From Candidatus Omnitrophota bacterium (lineage in GTDB: Bacteria > Hinthialibacterota > Hinthialibacteria > Hinthialibacterales > Hinthialibacteraceae), in the NCBI GenBank assembly GCA_003598175.1, contig QZKN01000097.1:23861-87860 (forward strand): a stretch of DNA of 64,000 nt, written 5' to 3'. Of this stretch, positions 8,967-18,887 are shown one piece after another. The notes under the pieces were generated by a model. The model did not search any database, had not been told where the DNA came from, and saw only the letters and a list, made by a program, of their open reading frames with translations. The stretch's first letter is position 1. The number at the start of each line of letters is the position of its first letter. The translations under genes and the position numbers were made by a program.

Positions 8967-10123
8967 CCGGCGTTCCCCTTTTTCACAAGCGGCTCTTTTT
9001 GCGGAACGATGAATTCCGACAGATCGACTGTATATGCGCCCGTGCGGTCGAATTCAAACGTGTAGGCGTATTTGGTGGAATAATCATACACGACCTGATC
9101 GTACAAACCCGCCTGGGGAGCATAATCCTGAATTTTATAATAGCGAAGGTTCCGTGCATACGGCCATGAATCCCCCTTTACCTGCCCGGGAATCTCGCCG
9201 ACGCCGATTTCGATGTCCACCCGCACCTTGCGTTTATACGACGCCTGCAATCCATAGCTCTTGTAATGCTGGTCCGCGCCCTTTTGATCGTCGCGATAAT
9301 TGGTTTTAAACACTTCGACCAGATACACAATGCTGTCCGGCGCTCGCTTTTGCCCCTGTTCATCAAATTGTTCGCGCTGAATCCGGACGCGTTGAATCAG
9401 ATATTGTTTGTCGCTGCCGATGGCTTTGGTGTCGGTGTAATACAGCAGAAACATCGACTCGCCGTTGCAACCGCAGATGAATTCCTTGTCCAGTTCCCGC
9501 GACAGGTCCACGCCGGCCTTCGCCGCCAATTTGGCTATTTCTCTATATTCATCTTTTTTTAAAAGATCGGCGGCGCTTTTCTGATATCTGGGTTTGGCGG
9601 CCTCCATCGCGGCGCGCAAGGTCACCGGCACATTGGCGACCGTGCGCTGCTGCAGCGGAATATCTTTTGTCAAGGTGGTTTGCGTCCAAACCGATTTCAC
9701 TTCCTCCTCGATCATTTTTCGTGGAAACGACAATCGCGTTCCCGTTTTGTTGTTTCCGAAATAGAATTTTGTTTCCCCGCTTCCCACGTTGACATCGAAC
9801 GTCTCCGGCGCGGATGGTTTCATCAGAAACCATTGATTGCGATACACGAACAATTCGTATTCCGCCCCGTCCTTTGTCTCGTCGGTTTCGAAATAGACGT
9901 GCAAACCCAGCAACGCCGTATGCGGCTGTCCTTCCACATACTGATCCAAAGAATCCGGCGAAAGCAGGGGGATCGTCAGCGAATAATCGGAGAGGGTCCA
10001 GGATAATAATCCCGAATACGGTCCGCTGATTTTCAAAGAAGCGGATCGGCAGGATAACGGAGGAATGAACAATACAACCAGAAACGCCAACAGAAAAACA
10101 CGAATTCTTCTCAAGAAAAACAT
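8963..10123 (-). CDS. Hypothetical secreted protein
   Basis: 386 aa. The signal peptide is MFFLRRIRVFLLAFLVVLFIPPLS. No recognisable domain. Confidence 0.55.
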   Translation of the reverse strand: MFFLRRIRVFLLAFLVVLFIPPLSCRSASLKISGPYSGLLSWTLSDYSLTIPLLSPDSLDQYVEGQPHTALLGLHVYFETDETKDGAEYELFVYRNQWFLMKPSAPETFDVNVGSGETKFYFGNNKTGTRLSFPRKMIEEEVKSVWTQTTLTKDIPLQQRTVANVPVTLRAAMEAAKPRYQKSAADLLKKDEYREIAKLAAKAGVDLSRELDKEFICGCNGESMFLLYYTDTKAIGSDKQYLIQRVRIQREQFDEQGQKRAPDSIVYLVEVFKTNYRDDQKGADQHYKSYGLQASYKRKVRVDIEIGVGEIPGQVKGDSWPYARNLRYYKIQDYAPQAGLYDQVVYDYSTKYAYTFEFDRTGAYTVDLSEFIVPQKEPLVKKGNAG

Positions 10124-10157
10124 CGTTATTGTAATCCTCGCAATTCAATATCGGATT

Positions 10158-13100
10158 TTAATTTTGAGTGGATCGGTAGTAATCGGCCAAAACGTTTTTA
10201 GCGCGCAAATGATCGGGGCTGGCCTGCAAGGTCAGTTTCAATTCCTCTTCCGCCTTCTCATTTTGCCCCAGGCCGAGATAGCCCAGCGCGGCGGTGAAGT
10301 GCGCTTCGGCCAATCCTGCCCGTTGGAACTGCTGGTCGGCAAACTTTGCGAAGATATCAATTCCCGCATCGGTTCGTTTCATCGCTTCGGTTCCCGCATC
10401 CACCAGGCTTTGGAACATTTCCCGGCTCTTCTCTTCTTCTCCCAGTTTTCGCAGAGCAAGCGCCTGGTAATACCGTTCAACGTCGCGCCCCGGCATAAAA
10501 AATCCACCGCGCCGGCGGCCTCGCGGCCTTTCGCCGGGCGAGCCTTTTTCCCAGCATTGCTTTGCCTTTTCGCTATCGCCCAATTTTTCATAAGCGACGC
10601 CGGTCCAATACGAGACTTCCGCATTCGTTTCTCCACCCCCACGCCGTTCCGACCGCAAATTTTCCGGGAAAGCGAGGGCGGCTTGATAATCGTCCAACGC
10701 TTGTTGGTATCCTCCGGCGGCAAGATGTTCGTGACCGCGAAGCAGGTGGGCATCCGTCCAACAATCCGATACGTTGAACCGCGCGCCTCCTTCCCAGATG
10801 TTGAATCGCCGTCCCTGCATCAGTGCGATCGCATCATCGTATTTTCCCATAAACACTTTCAGCGTAATTTCCCGCGCCAATGCGTCGTCGCGTTGGCGAA
10901 CGTATTCATGATTTGCCTCGAGGAGGGCCAGCCGTTTTTCCGGCGGCGTACCCGCCGCTTCATAGAGTTGATCGAGTTCGAAAAAGTGAATGGAATATTT
11001 ATCTCTTTGCGCAACGGCTTTTTCCAAACAGGCAATCGCCTGTTGTAGCGCGTTCCCCTCTTCTTTCCGCGAATACGCCGCCGCCAGGTTGCGCAGCGCA
11101 ATGGAAAGCGACTCATCCATTGCCACGGATTTTTCCCACAACCGAATCGCTTCATCGGGCTGCCAATCGAAAAGCAGGTTGCCAAGCAGGTAGGGCGCTC
11201 GCCCCCCCTCGGGATTCACTTCCATCGCCTGGCGAAGCGCATCAATCGCCTCATATTGAAACGGAAATACATAATCGATCGGCCTTTTTTCGGCCAATGT
11301 ATAGTATTCGGCGGATTGACTGCTTTCTCCCAATTTTTCCGTAACAAAGCCCAAATAATAATAGACCATCGGAGATACGTTGGAAGGATCGGCGACTGCA
11401 GCGATCATTTGATTCAGCAGGAAGGCAGCGTCTTGCCATAAACCGGCGTTCATATATTCCACCGCCGTTTCGAAACCGGTCTCGGGGTGATGGTTAAGCG
11501 TGGCCAGCAAGTATTCATGATCGCCGGAATTTTTGCCGATCAGCCAGGTTTCAAAAAGTGTGCGCACATCGAGAGGATCGGCCCGGCGGAATGCGGTCGC
11601 CAATACGTCCGACGCTTCTTGTTCTTGTCCCAAATGCCGCAGCAAGGCCGCTTTCAAATTCAGCGCTCTGACGTTCAACGCATTCGAATCGAGGGAATGC
11701 TCCACCAAATCGAGAGCGCTGGACGCATCGCCTTTCAGCGACGCGATTTCCGCCAGAGAATAGTAACCGGCGGCCTTCCAGGCTTCACTCCAGATCGCCT
11801 TATAAAACGCATCGAACGCCTCGTCGAGTCTTCCCTGCGCTTTCAAGGCGACCCCCAGATAATAGAAGGCTTCCCCGTCTTTGGGGGAGGTGTATCGGAA
11901 CGTCAACCGTTCCAGCGCCTTGCGGAACAACGCCTCGGCCTCCGCGAATCGCGCCCGTTTGAGATAATTGGTTCCCAGCGCAATGTTGACCCGCGCGTCG
12001 CCGGGATCGCGGCGAAGCGCTTCTTCCCAATAGGGATCGGGATCCAACGCCGGATTGTGAAACTGCTCGATCCACAATCCCGTTAAATATAATTCTTCGT
12101 TCGTCTCGATCTTTTCCGGCGTTTCCGGCGCGCGCACCGGCTCCGGCATGGGAATAGACTCGAGGCGAATCGGCGTATAGGAAACCAGCTCCTTCCCCTC
12201 GGCGGCAAGGGAAGCGCAAAGGTCGTGCGGATCCGTTCCCGTGGGCGCGACCGCCTGCTTCAGATACGGCTTATCCGGCGCGATCTCGATCTGTTCCTGC
12301 AACAAGATGTTATTTCCGGCTTTCAACGTAACCGTCGCCGCGGAATAAGCGGATGTCGTATAAAAACCGAGTTTGGCGGTCCCGTCTTCCTTCACGTCAA
12401 GATTCACTGCGGCGTCCAGATTGGCGTTTTTGACGCCTTCGATTCCGCGGAACGGATACCAATATTGCTTGAATGATTTGACTTCATACGGTTGCAGCCA
12501 GCTGTAATCAGGTTGGTTGTCGGAAAACGCGCCGACCATCAATTCGAGGTAAGGGCCATCTTCGTCCGTGAGAATGGTATCCCATAACCGGCCTTCCGGA
12601 CCGTTTCCCCACGTCCACAATTTCTTGCCCGGCGTGATGTGATGATTGGCGACGCTCATCGTTCCCGCCTGTTTTCCATGATCGTAGCCGGCCAGAAAAT
12701 CGTCTTCGTAATTCCAGGCGAACATGGAATTGGAAGAAATATGATTCTTAAACCAGCTCACATCCACGCCGCCGTCAAAGTTCGCTCCCCCATACCGTGA
12801 ATTCGAAATGGGCCAGGTGGTGAACTCACGTTTGGAATGATGCGTGACATACTGTGTGCTTGGTGGAAAAATTACTTGATAATCCTCGTTTACATGAACC
12901 GCGACGTTTGCGAAGCAAAGGAGTGAATTGACGACCGGCGTTCGATTGAGAATACGCAGCGATGTTTCCAAATACGACTTTCCCGGCTGCAGGGTATAGC
13001 CGACTGCCCACCGCATGCGATGGCGCAACTCCAGTTCTCCCACCCAAACCGTCCTGCTCCCATCCGCATTCTCTTCCAAACGATATTGGACGGGAATAAA

Positions 13101-13568
13101 GGTGCTGGCGCGGTGGTGGTGCGGAATGTTCCACTCGACTCCGCCGGAAATCCAAGCGCCGATCAGGCCGATCAGTGCGGGTTTGATGACGTGCTGCCGA
13201 TAGAAGAAATCGTAGCCGTTCGTTTTGTCGACGCCTTCGAAAATGCGCCCGCCGATTTCAGGAAGCACGCCGATGCGGATATACTCGTTTTCCAGATAGA
13301 CCATGTTGTAGGTCTTATCCACTTTTTTGTTCGTCAAATTATCATAAAGAGGATACGGATAGATTCTTCCTTCCGCCCCCTGAGACGCCCGCCCGAAAAA
13401 AAACATCGGATTCGGATCAGCCGGACCGGCCAGATAGGTGGGAATCACCAGCTCTTCCTCCCACATGCGGACCGACGAATCCTCGGCGACCGCCAGTAAT
13501 GAACAAGAAAGAAACAAAAACGATCCCAAAGAAAGAAGCGCCAATAGACAATTTCGTTTGCTGAACAC
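10158..13568 (-). CDS. DUF5107 domain protein with a C-terminal TPR repeat array (1136 aa)
   Basis: Signal peptide, then the DUF5107 hallmark GGRIFEGVDKTNGYDFFYRQHVIKPALIGLIGAWISGGVEWNIPHHHR, then a long TPR-like region. Confidence 0.8.
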   Translation of the reverse strand: MFSKRNCLLALLSLGSFLFLSCSLLAVAEDSSVRMWEEELVIPTYLAGPADPNPMFFFGRASQGAEGRIYPYPLYDNLTNKKVDKTYNMVYLENEYIRIGVLPEIGGRIFEGVDKTNGYDFFYRQHVIKPALIGLIGAWISGGVEWNIPHHHRASTFIPVQYRLEENADGSRTVWVGELELRHRMRWAVGYTLQPGKSYLETSLRILNRTPVVNSLLCFANVAVHVNEDYQVIFPPSTQYVTHHSKREFTTWPISNSRYGGANFDGGVDVSWFKNHISSNSMFAWNYEDDFLAGYDHGKQAGTMSVANHHITPGKKLWTWGNGPEGRLWDTILTDEDGPYLELMVGAFSDNQPDYSWLQPYEVKSFKQYWYPFRGIEGVKNANLDAAVNLDVKEDGTAKLGFYTTSAYSAATVTLKAGNNILLQEQIEIAPDKPYLKQAVAPTGTDPHDLCASLAAEGKELVSYTPIRLESIPMPEPVRAPETPEKIETNEELYLTGLWIEQFHNPALDPDPYWEEALRRDPGDARVNIALGTNYLKRARFAEAEALFRKALERLTFRYTSPKDGEAFYYLGVALKAQGRLDEAFDAFYKAIWSEAWKAAGYYSLAEIASLKGDASSALDLVEHSLDSNALNVRALNLKAALLRHLGQEQEASDVLATAFRRADPLDVRTLFETWLIGKNSGDHEYLLATLNHHPETGFETAVEYMNAGLWQDAAFLLNQMIAAVADPSNVSPMVYYYLGFVTEKLGESSQSAEYYTLAEKRPIDYVFPFQYEAIDALRQAMEVNPEGGRAPYLLGNLLFDWQPDEAIRLWEKSVAMDESLSIALRNLAAAYSRKEEGNALQQAIACLEKAVAQRDKYSIHFFELDQLYEAAGTPPEKRLALLEANHEYVRQRDDALAREITLKVFMGKYDDAIALMQGRRFNIWEGGARFNVSDCWTDAHLLRGHEHLAAGGYQQALDDYQAALAFPENLRSERRGGGETNAEVSYWTGVAYEKLGDSEKAKQCWEKGSPGERPRGRRRGGFFMPGRDVERYYQALALRKLGEEEKSREMFQSLVDAGTEAMKRTDAGIDIFAKFADQQFQRAGLAEAHFTAALGYLGLGQNEKAEEELKLTLQASPDHLRAKNVLADYYRSTQN

Positions 13569-14006
13569 GAGGGTTTCCTTTTTTAAAATAGAATAGGATG
13601 ATGTGGATTTTCTTCAGACACATACAAACCATGAGAACACACCTCACCATCTTTTATCTCGTTCGTCCACGGACACGGGACACATTTCGTGGACGACAAA
13701 AACCGCAATCCATGCGATACTATATCATACGCATCGCAAGGCTCCATTGAAGGTTCGCGTCGATTGCTCGAATTGGGCAGCCGGGCAAGCCGTGAGAAGC
13801 AACCAAAAAAAATCAAAAAAGTGTTTGCAATGGAAATTAGATATGGTATAATATAGTCAGGTTTACCATAACTTTTTAACGCGAATCGCAAGTCTCATTT
13901 TCCTGAAGGGTCGAAAGGGTGAAGGGAGAATGAGCTCTGAGAGTCATCGGGAGGCGCAATACCTCGATTACCACTCTCAGATGGTGAGGGCTCGTTAGAA
14001 TTTTGG

Positions 14007-14037
14007 AAAAAGGGCGCACAGATCCTGCGCCCTTTTT
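14007..14037. terminator. Bidirectional intrinsic terminator
   Basis: AAAAA-GGGCGCA-cagatcc-TGCGCCC-TTTTT. A perfect 7 bp GC stem is flanked by A and T runs. It lies downstream of the minus-strand LOG gene. Confidence 0.6.
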
Positions 14038-14097
14038 CGTTGTTTGCTTCTTTCCCTTATAACTCACCTTTCGCAGGGATTTCCCCCTCCCCGTCAA

Positions 14098-14183
14098 CTG
14101 GGCGGGAGTTCTTCGTTAACAAGGCGGGAGTTCTTCATCAACAGGGCAGGAGTTCCTTGTTAACGGAGCGGGAGTATTGATCC
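14098..14183. repeat. Tandem direct repeats of about 22 bp, 3.5 copies
   Basis: GGCGGGAGTTCTTCGTTAACAA / GGCGGGAGTTCTTCATCAACAG / GGCAGGAGTTCCTTGTTAACGG / AGCGGGAGTATTGATCC. The array is flanked by CCCCGTCAAC (14088) and the hairpin ATCCCCCG-TTGA-CGGGGGAT (14179-14198). Confidence 0.6.
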
Positions 14184-14227
14184 CCCGTTGACGGGGGATT
14201 ACAAGGGGGAGGCATATAGGGATTAAT

Positions 14228-14944
14228 TCAGGAACGGATCAAATCCGAGTTTTTGATCCATTCAATGGTTTCGTCGATGGAGTCGGTTATATGGAAAAGG
14301 TTCAAATCTTCCGGCGAAATATTTTTTTCTTCGATTAAGCGGCTTTTGATCCATTCAATCAATTCTTTCCAATATTCCGTGTCGAACAAAATGACCGGAA
14401 AGGATTTTATGCGGCGCGTCTGGATGAGCGTGAGAGACTCGAATAGTTCGTCCAACGTACCGAAACCGCCGGGAAAAATCACGAAGGCAATGGAGTATTT
14501 GACCAGCATGACCTTGCGAATGAAGAAATAGCGGAAGTTCAGGCCGGTAGTGATGTAGGGATTCGGCGTTTGTTCAAGCGGGAGTTCGATGTTAAGGCCG
14601 ACGGAAACGCCCTTTGCCTCGAACGCGCCGCGATTGGCCGCTTCCATGATTCCCGGTCCGCCGCCGGTTACCGTCGCCAATCCTTCGCGGGCGATTCTCT
14701 GGCCGAGTTCGCGGGCTTTTTGATAACGGGGATGGCTTGCGGGCGTACGGGCGGAGCCGAACACCGAAACCGCTTGCGGCATTTTGGCCAATTCCTCGAA
14801 CGATTCGGTGAATTCCGACATGATACGGAACACCCGCCAGATGTCGTCAATACCCATGTAATCGATGAGATATTGGCGTCTGTCCCAATCGCTTATATCC
14901 TCGGGAGGTGAAAGGGGGGTCCAGAGATGAGCGTTATTTTTCAT
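14228..14944 (-). CDS. LOG-family protein (TIGR00730, cytokinin riboside 5'-monophosphate phosphoribohydrolase-like)
   Basis: VFGSARTP...TGGGPGIMEAANRGA...PGGFGTLDELFE is the canonical LOG motif set. Confidence 0.85.
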   Translation of the reverse strand: MKNNAHLWTPLSPPEDISDWDRRQYLIDYMGIDDIWRVFRIMSEFTESFEELAKMPQAVSVFGSARTPASHPRYQKARELGQRIAREGLATVTGGGPGIMEAANRGAFEAKGVSVGLNIELPLEQTPNPYITTGLNFRYFFIRKVMLVKYSIAFVIFPGGFGTLDELFESLTLIQTRRIKSFPVILFDTEYWKELIEWIKSRLIEEKNISPEDLNLFHITDSIDETIEWIKNSDLIRS

Positions 14945-15067
14945 GAATGTGTCCTTATTTGTTGTGAAGAAAGCTTTTATTCTATCGTTTTGAAAATGAA
15001 TTGGCAGTGGGATGGTGGATGGCGCATGGCAAAGACCAGTGAGAGGGGAAGAATAGTTATTCTATTT

Positions 15068-16489
15068 TTACCGGTACATCCGCCAATCATGAAGGGTACT
15101 TGTCTCCGTCGATGAATCCAACATAAGGACTTCGATGCTGTTTATGGGAAAACGGTTGGAGATAGCCAAAGCCGAATCGACGGATTCGATGGTTGTCTCT
15201 TCCAACAACGACAGATTGTGAAGTGCAGAAACAGCGTACCGTTTCAATGTGAAAGAGCCTTCCGGCGCTATCCAACCGTCGATTGTGAGTTGGTATGTAT
15301 CAATCGTATCAGACGAATCGTCTGTCATATAATGCGTCAGCAGAATGATTATTGCTTGACCGTCTTCATCAAGAGCGGCGATACCGTCGACTGCATCGGA
15401 TTCTTCATTCAGAGTGATCCGATTTGGATACCGACTAACCCAGGACCACGATTTGAAAGCATAAGCCATTTTCTTGTAAGTTCCATCCGCAAATAATAGA
15501 CCATACCATTCTTTATAATCGATTGAGGAATCCTGCCCGCGAAAAAAGAGAGACTGATCCACAAAGCTGTTTTGCAAGCTGATCCATGCGCCGGTCATCA
15601 AAGCCGCCCCTTCCGCATTGTAACGGCGCGGACCTTCTTCCACGTTCCATTCCGAGATATGGCTTTCAGCGTCTGTATATCCAAATCGATCCAATATCTC
15701 ACGGTAAAACAATCCCGCGCCGAGATAATCAGCGGGATTGTCACCGTAAATATGCCACGACAGGAAATCGAGGGGGACATTTTGCTCGCTACAGTATTGC
15801 AAAAGTGACGTCGCAGTATTGTTGCTTTCCTGCGCAAGATAACTGGAAGGAAGAAAACCCGGCCCCCCGATTTTCATGTGTGGAAATTCGGCTTTCAAAG
15901 ATTTCACCATTCGTTCAAAAAACTGAAAAAATTCGATCCGCGTTCCGGTCCAGAATTGGCGGTTGTCAGGTTCGTTCCACACTTCGACATAGCGAATAGG
16001 GAAATGGAAACCGTCCCACAAACCTTGCGTGTAATGGCGGATCACATTTTTTGCCGCTTCCACGTAATTTGTAATATTTTTAGGCGTTTCACTGCTGTTG
16101 TTCCAGCTGTTTCCCAATCGCAAATAGATTTCATGGCCGTTTTCATGAATTGCGACCATCCGTTTGTCGCTTTCAACGAAATTATAACTGGAGAAGAGAG
16201 AAGGATCGGCGCTTTCGTCGGAATACATCACCGACATATCGACAGGACCGTAAAAATCGTGAGTCCGAACCATCCGGATTCCCATGTCGCGATACTGCTC
16301 ATTGACGTGTGGATTGATGTCCTCTCCCAATTTATACGGGCCGGCATTCACACCCATCAGTGGTTTCACGTTACCGATCATTTCTCCGGCATCGACATGA
16401 ATCGTGACCGATTCCGCGAACGATTGGCAAGGGATAATTATCACCGTAATAACAATCCACCCTATTTGCCTTATTTGTTTTTCACGCAT
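15068..16489 (-). CDS. Secreted glycoside hydrolase (clan GH-A TIM barrel, GH39/GH5-like)
   Basis: Signal peptide. VEVWNEPD is a candidate acid/base motif of GH-A families. Confidence 0.7.
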   Translation of the reverse strand: MREKQIRQIGWIVITVIIIPCQSFAESVTIHVDAGEMIGNVKPLMGVNAGPYKLGEDINPHVNEQYRDMGIRMVRTHDFYGPVDMSVMYSDESADPSLFSSYNFVESDKRMVAIHENGHEIYLRLGNSWNNSSETPKNITNYVEAAKNVIRHYTQGLWDGFHFPIRYVEVWNEPDNRQFWTGTRIEFFQFFERMVKSLKAEFPHMKIGGPGFLPSSYLAQESNNTATSLLQYCSEQNVPLDFLSWHIYGDNPADYLGAGLFYREILDRFGYTDAESHISEWNVEEGPRRYNAEGAALMTGAWISLQNSFVDQSLFFRGQDSSIDYKEWYGLLFADGTYKKMAYAFKSWSWVSRYPNRITLNEESDAVDGIAALDEDGQAIIILLTHYMTDDSSDTIDTYQLTIDGWIAPEGSFTLKRYAVSALHNLSLLEETTIESVDSALAISNRFPINSIEVLMLDSSTETSTLHDWRMYR

Positions 16490-16788
16490 TGTCCGTATGA
16501 TCCTTTCTTTCCAAATTCATCGATACGACCATGTGACCTCAATGAATGGATATAAAAGTGCGTGTTGGTCAATGAGGGCAGGAAACCGGCGCTCCGTCAT
16601 TTTTAAATCCATTCATTCTATTCAATTATAACGTCGGTTTGCATTATTTATTGGAAGGTATATGAAAAATTTCATTTTCATGTGTTAGAACGGGCATTGG
16701 AGTGATATTGAAAAAAGAATATTGGAAAATGATTTTGAATGAAAACAACCGTTAGGGAAAAACAGCGAATCCCTTTTCGTGCCACGCT

Positions 16789-18813
16789 TCAATATAATGA
16801 CCATCCACTAACAGCCACCGGCGCCGGACCGATGGCGCGGGTGATGAATTCCAACACAATCGGCGTGCGCACTTCGATAAAATCACGGGATAACTGCGCC
16901 GCTCGGTCCCAATCCGCCGGCGTTTTTCCACGTCCCCATTTTTCGGCTTCTGCCGGGATGGCCGCTCGCACAGCATCCAGCTGTTCGTTCAAGCGCATCG
17001 TCACGTGGTCCTCGCGGAGAGGACCGGCGAGATACTCCTGCAATCGCAGCCAAAAAAATGTCCGGTAATCCTGATTTTGCAGCAATCTGGCAAAGAGCAA
17101 TCCGATCAGTCCGCTGCCCGCGTTTGTCGCGTTTGTCAAGGTGTTTTGGTTGACGAGATAGCCTTGAATTCCGGAGCCGAAGCTATATTCCACATCCCAC
17201 AAAAAAAACTTCCATTTCCCAGTCAGAAATCGTTCGCGGGCGGCGTACCAATTATGATGCGGCCAGTCGTAATTCTGCATCCATACGTTGATGATGATGT
17301 AGGCGGTAAAATTCTCCAGATCGAGTATTTCCTGTAACGATTCATAATTTTGCGGATTCGTCAAATCGTTGCGGGACACCCAATTGCTGAATGTTGTCCA
17401 TTCCTGCATATCACCGTCGCTCACTTCGTTGTCGACAATGACATCCCACAAATCCGGGCCGTAATGCTCTTCGAGAAAATCCTCGTGGATACGCTCGCAG
17501 GGATTGTAAAGCCCCCAATACTCGCCGTTCAGATACAATTCGGCGAATATGCCGTGGCTGGACAGCTGGTTCATATCCAAAAACACGTTGCGAACCGCCT
17601 GATCGCTGACGTAAATGGCGGTTTCCCGCTGCATTTCGCGATCGTATCCCCACGAGTCGTTGAATCCCGCTCGCAAAACCAGCTGATCGAAACGGTGAAC
17701 GTCGGTCGTTGGGAAGAGGGGATAATCCAGCTTGGCCGCCCCGTAATCGGAGCGAAAATACAGGCGGAAAGAGCGTTTGGGAGAACGGGTGCGGGACGCG
17801 CCGCCGTGAATCCGCAGCCCGGCGTTTTCGACGAATTCGCGGTCGCCGTTCCGGTTAAAAAACTCGACGCTTACCGGCCGTTCCCATTCGCGTCCGTGAC
17901 GATCCGAATTTTGATAAATACCTGTGGTTCGATCCCACAAATTCGGCGGATCCGTCGCCAGAGACAGAATCGGCAGCACGATGTCCGGCCGGAGGATATA
18001 CGTATGCGTACCTACATCGCTGGGATAATACTCCTCACGAAACGCCCGCGCGCGGAGCGGGGTGGACCGGGTAATTTGCAGGGGATTTTGTACTATGGTA
18101 TCGGAGGCGGTGGGTATGGAGCCGTCGGTCGTATAACGGATCACGGCGTCCGATTCGTGTGAGGATAGATCAACCGTAAGCGGTTGTTTAAAAACGCCGG
18201 CTTGCGCCGAAAACAAGGGAGCGGAGGCAAATCCCTTCGCGCCCGGTTTACTATTCGATTGGCCCGGCGTCGATTCCAGGAAATAAACCCATTCACCGCC
18301 GCCGTCGGGCTGTCGCCCATAAGAGACATCCCGCCGCTGCGCCGGAAAGGTGAGACTGTCGGCCGCCGTCCCATCTTGTCGGTATAAAGCCAGATATTCT
18401 CCTTCCCGCCGCAATCGGAAGTTCGTGTGGTACGAATTCGGATCGAGAAGATCATAACCGGTCGCCCGGATTAATACAAAACCATTCGTAGGCAGAGTAA
18501 TGGATGGCAAACGCCATTTGCCGGGAGCAAGAGGATCGTCGGTCAATGCATAACCACTTAAATCCATCGCACTGGAACCGGAATTATACAATTCAATCCA
18601 TTCCAGCGAAGTATCGGATTCATCAACAGCCGATGAGGAAGCGAGAAATTCATTGATGACAACTTCCGCGTTGCCACGGAATGAAAAAAAGGAAAGAAAA
18701 AGGATGGAAAGAAAAAATGACATCCTCTGCCCAACAAAAGTCGTCAGGTTCACCACCGCCCTCCACCGGAAAGAATTCAAAAAGAGATCCGTTTTCGAAG
18801 CGAGAGGAGTCAT
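16789..18813 (-). CDS. Lamin-tail-domain plus CotH kinase-family secreted protein
   Basis: LTD motif VINEFLASSS...LEWIELYNSGSSAMDLSGYALTDD is followed by a CotH-like region (RIHGGASR...SFRLYFRSDYG). Confidence 0.75.
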   Translation of the reverse strand: MTPLASKTDLFLNSFRWRAVVNLTTFVGQRMSFFLSILFLSFFSFRGNAEVVINEFLASSSAVDESDTSLEWIELYNSGSSAMDLSGYALTDDPLAPGKWRLPSITLPTNGFVLIRATGYDLLDPNSYHTNFRLRREGEYLALYRQDGTAADSLTFPAQRRDVSYGRQPDGGGEWVYFLESTPGQSNSKPGAKGFASAPLFSAQAGVFKQPLTVDLSSHESDAVIRYTTDGSIPTASDTIVQNPLQITRSTPLRARAFREEYYPSDVGTHTYILRPDIVLPILSLATDPPNLWDRTTGIYQNSDRHGREWERPVSVEFFNRNGDREFVENAGLRIHGGASRTRSPKRSFRLYFRSDYGAAKLDYPLFPTTDVHRFDQLVLRAGFNDSWGYDREMQRETAIYVSDQAVRNVFLDMNQLSSHGIFAELYLNGEYWGLYNPCERIHEDFLEEHYGPDLWDVIVDNEVSDGDMQEWTTFSNWVSRNDLTNPQNYESLQEILDLENFTAYIIINVWMQNYDWPHHNWYAARERFLTGKWKFFLWDVEYSFGSGIQGYLVNQNTLTNATNAGSGLIGLLFARLLQNQDYRTFFWLRLQEYLAGPLREDHVTMRLNEQLDAVRAAIPAEAEKWGRGKTPADWDRAAQLSRDFIEVRTPIVLEFITRAIGPAPVAVSGWSLY

Positions 18814-18887
18814 CTATCGATCACTCCCCTCGCTTCCGTTTATAGGGAAAAAAGTAGGATCTTTATATAACGATAACACAAGACGGA

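Noticed and set aside
10065-11048. 327 aa plus-strand ORF inside the DUF5107-TPR gene. The same artefact applies to 17350..18162, 34086..35390, 38395..39276, 50560..51660 and 58385..59266.
   Set aside because: These are long antisense or off-frame ORFs that overlap well-supported genes. Their translations are low-complexity and Arg/Gly-rich with no domain.
14098-14183. CRISPR-like array
   Set aside because: The repeats are directly adjacent with no spacers, the units degenerate progressively, and no cas genes are nearby. It was called a plain tandem repeat.
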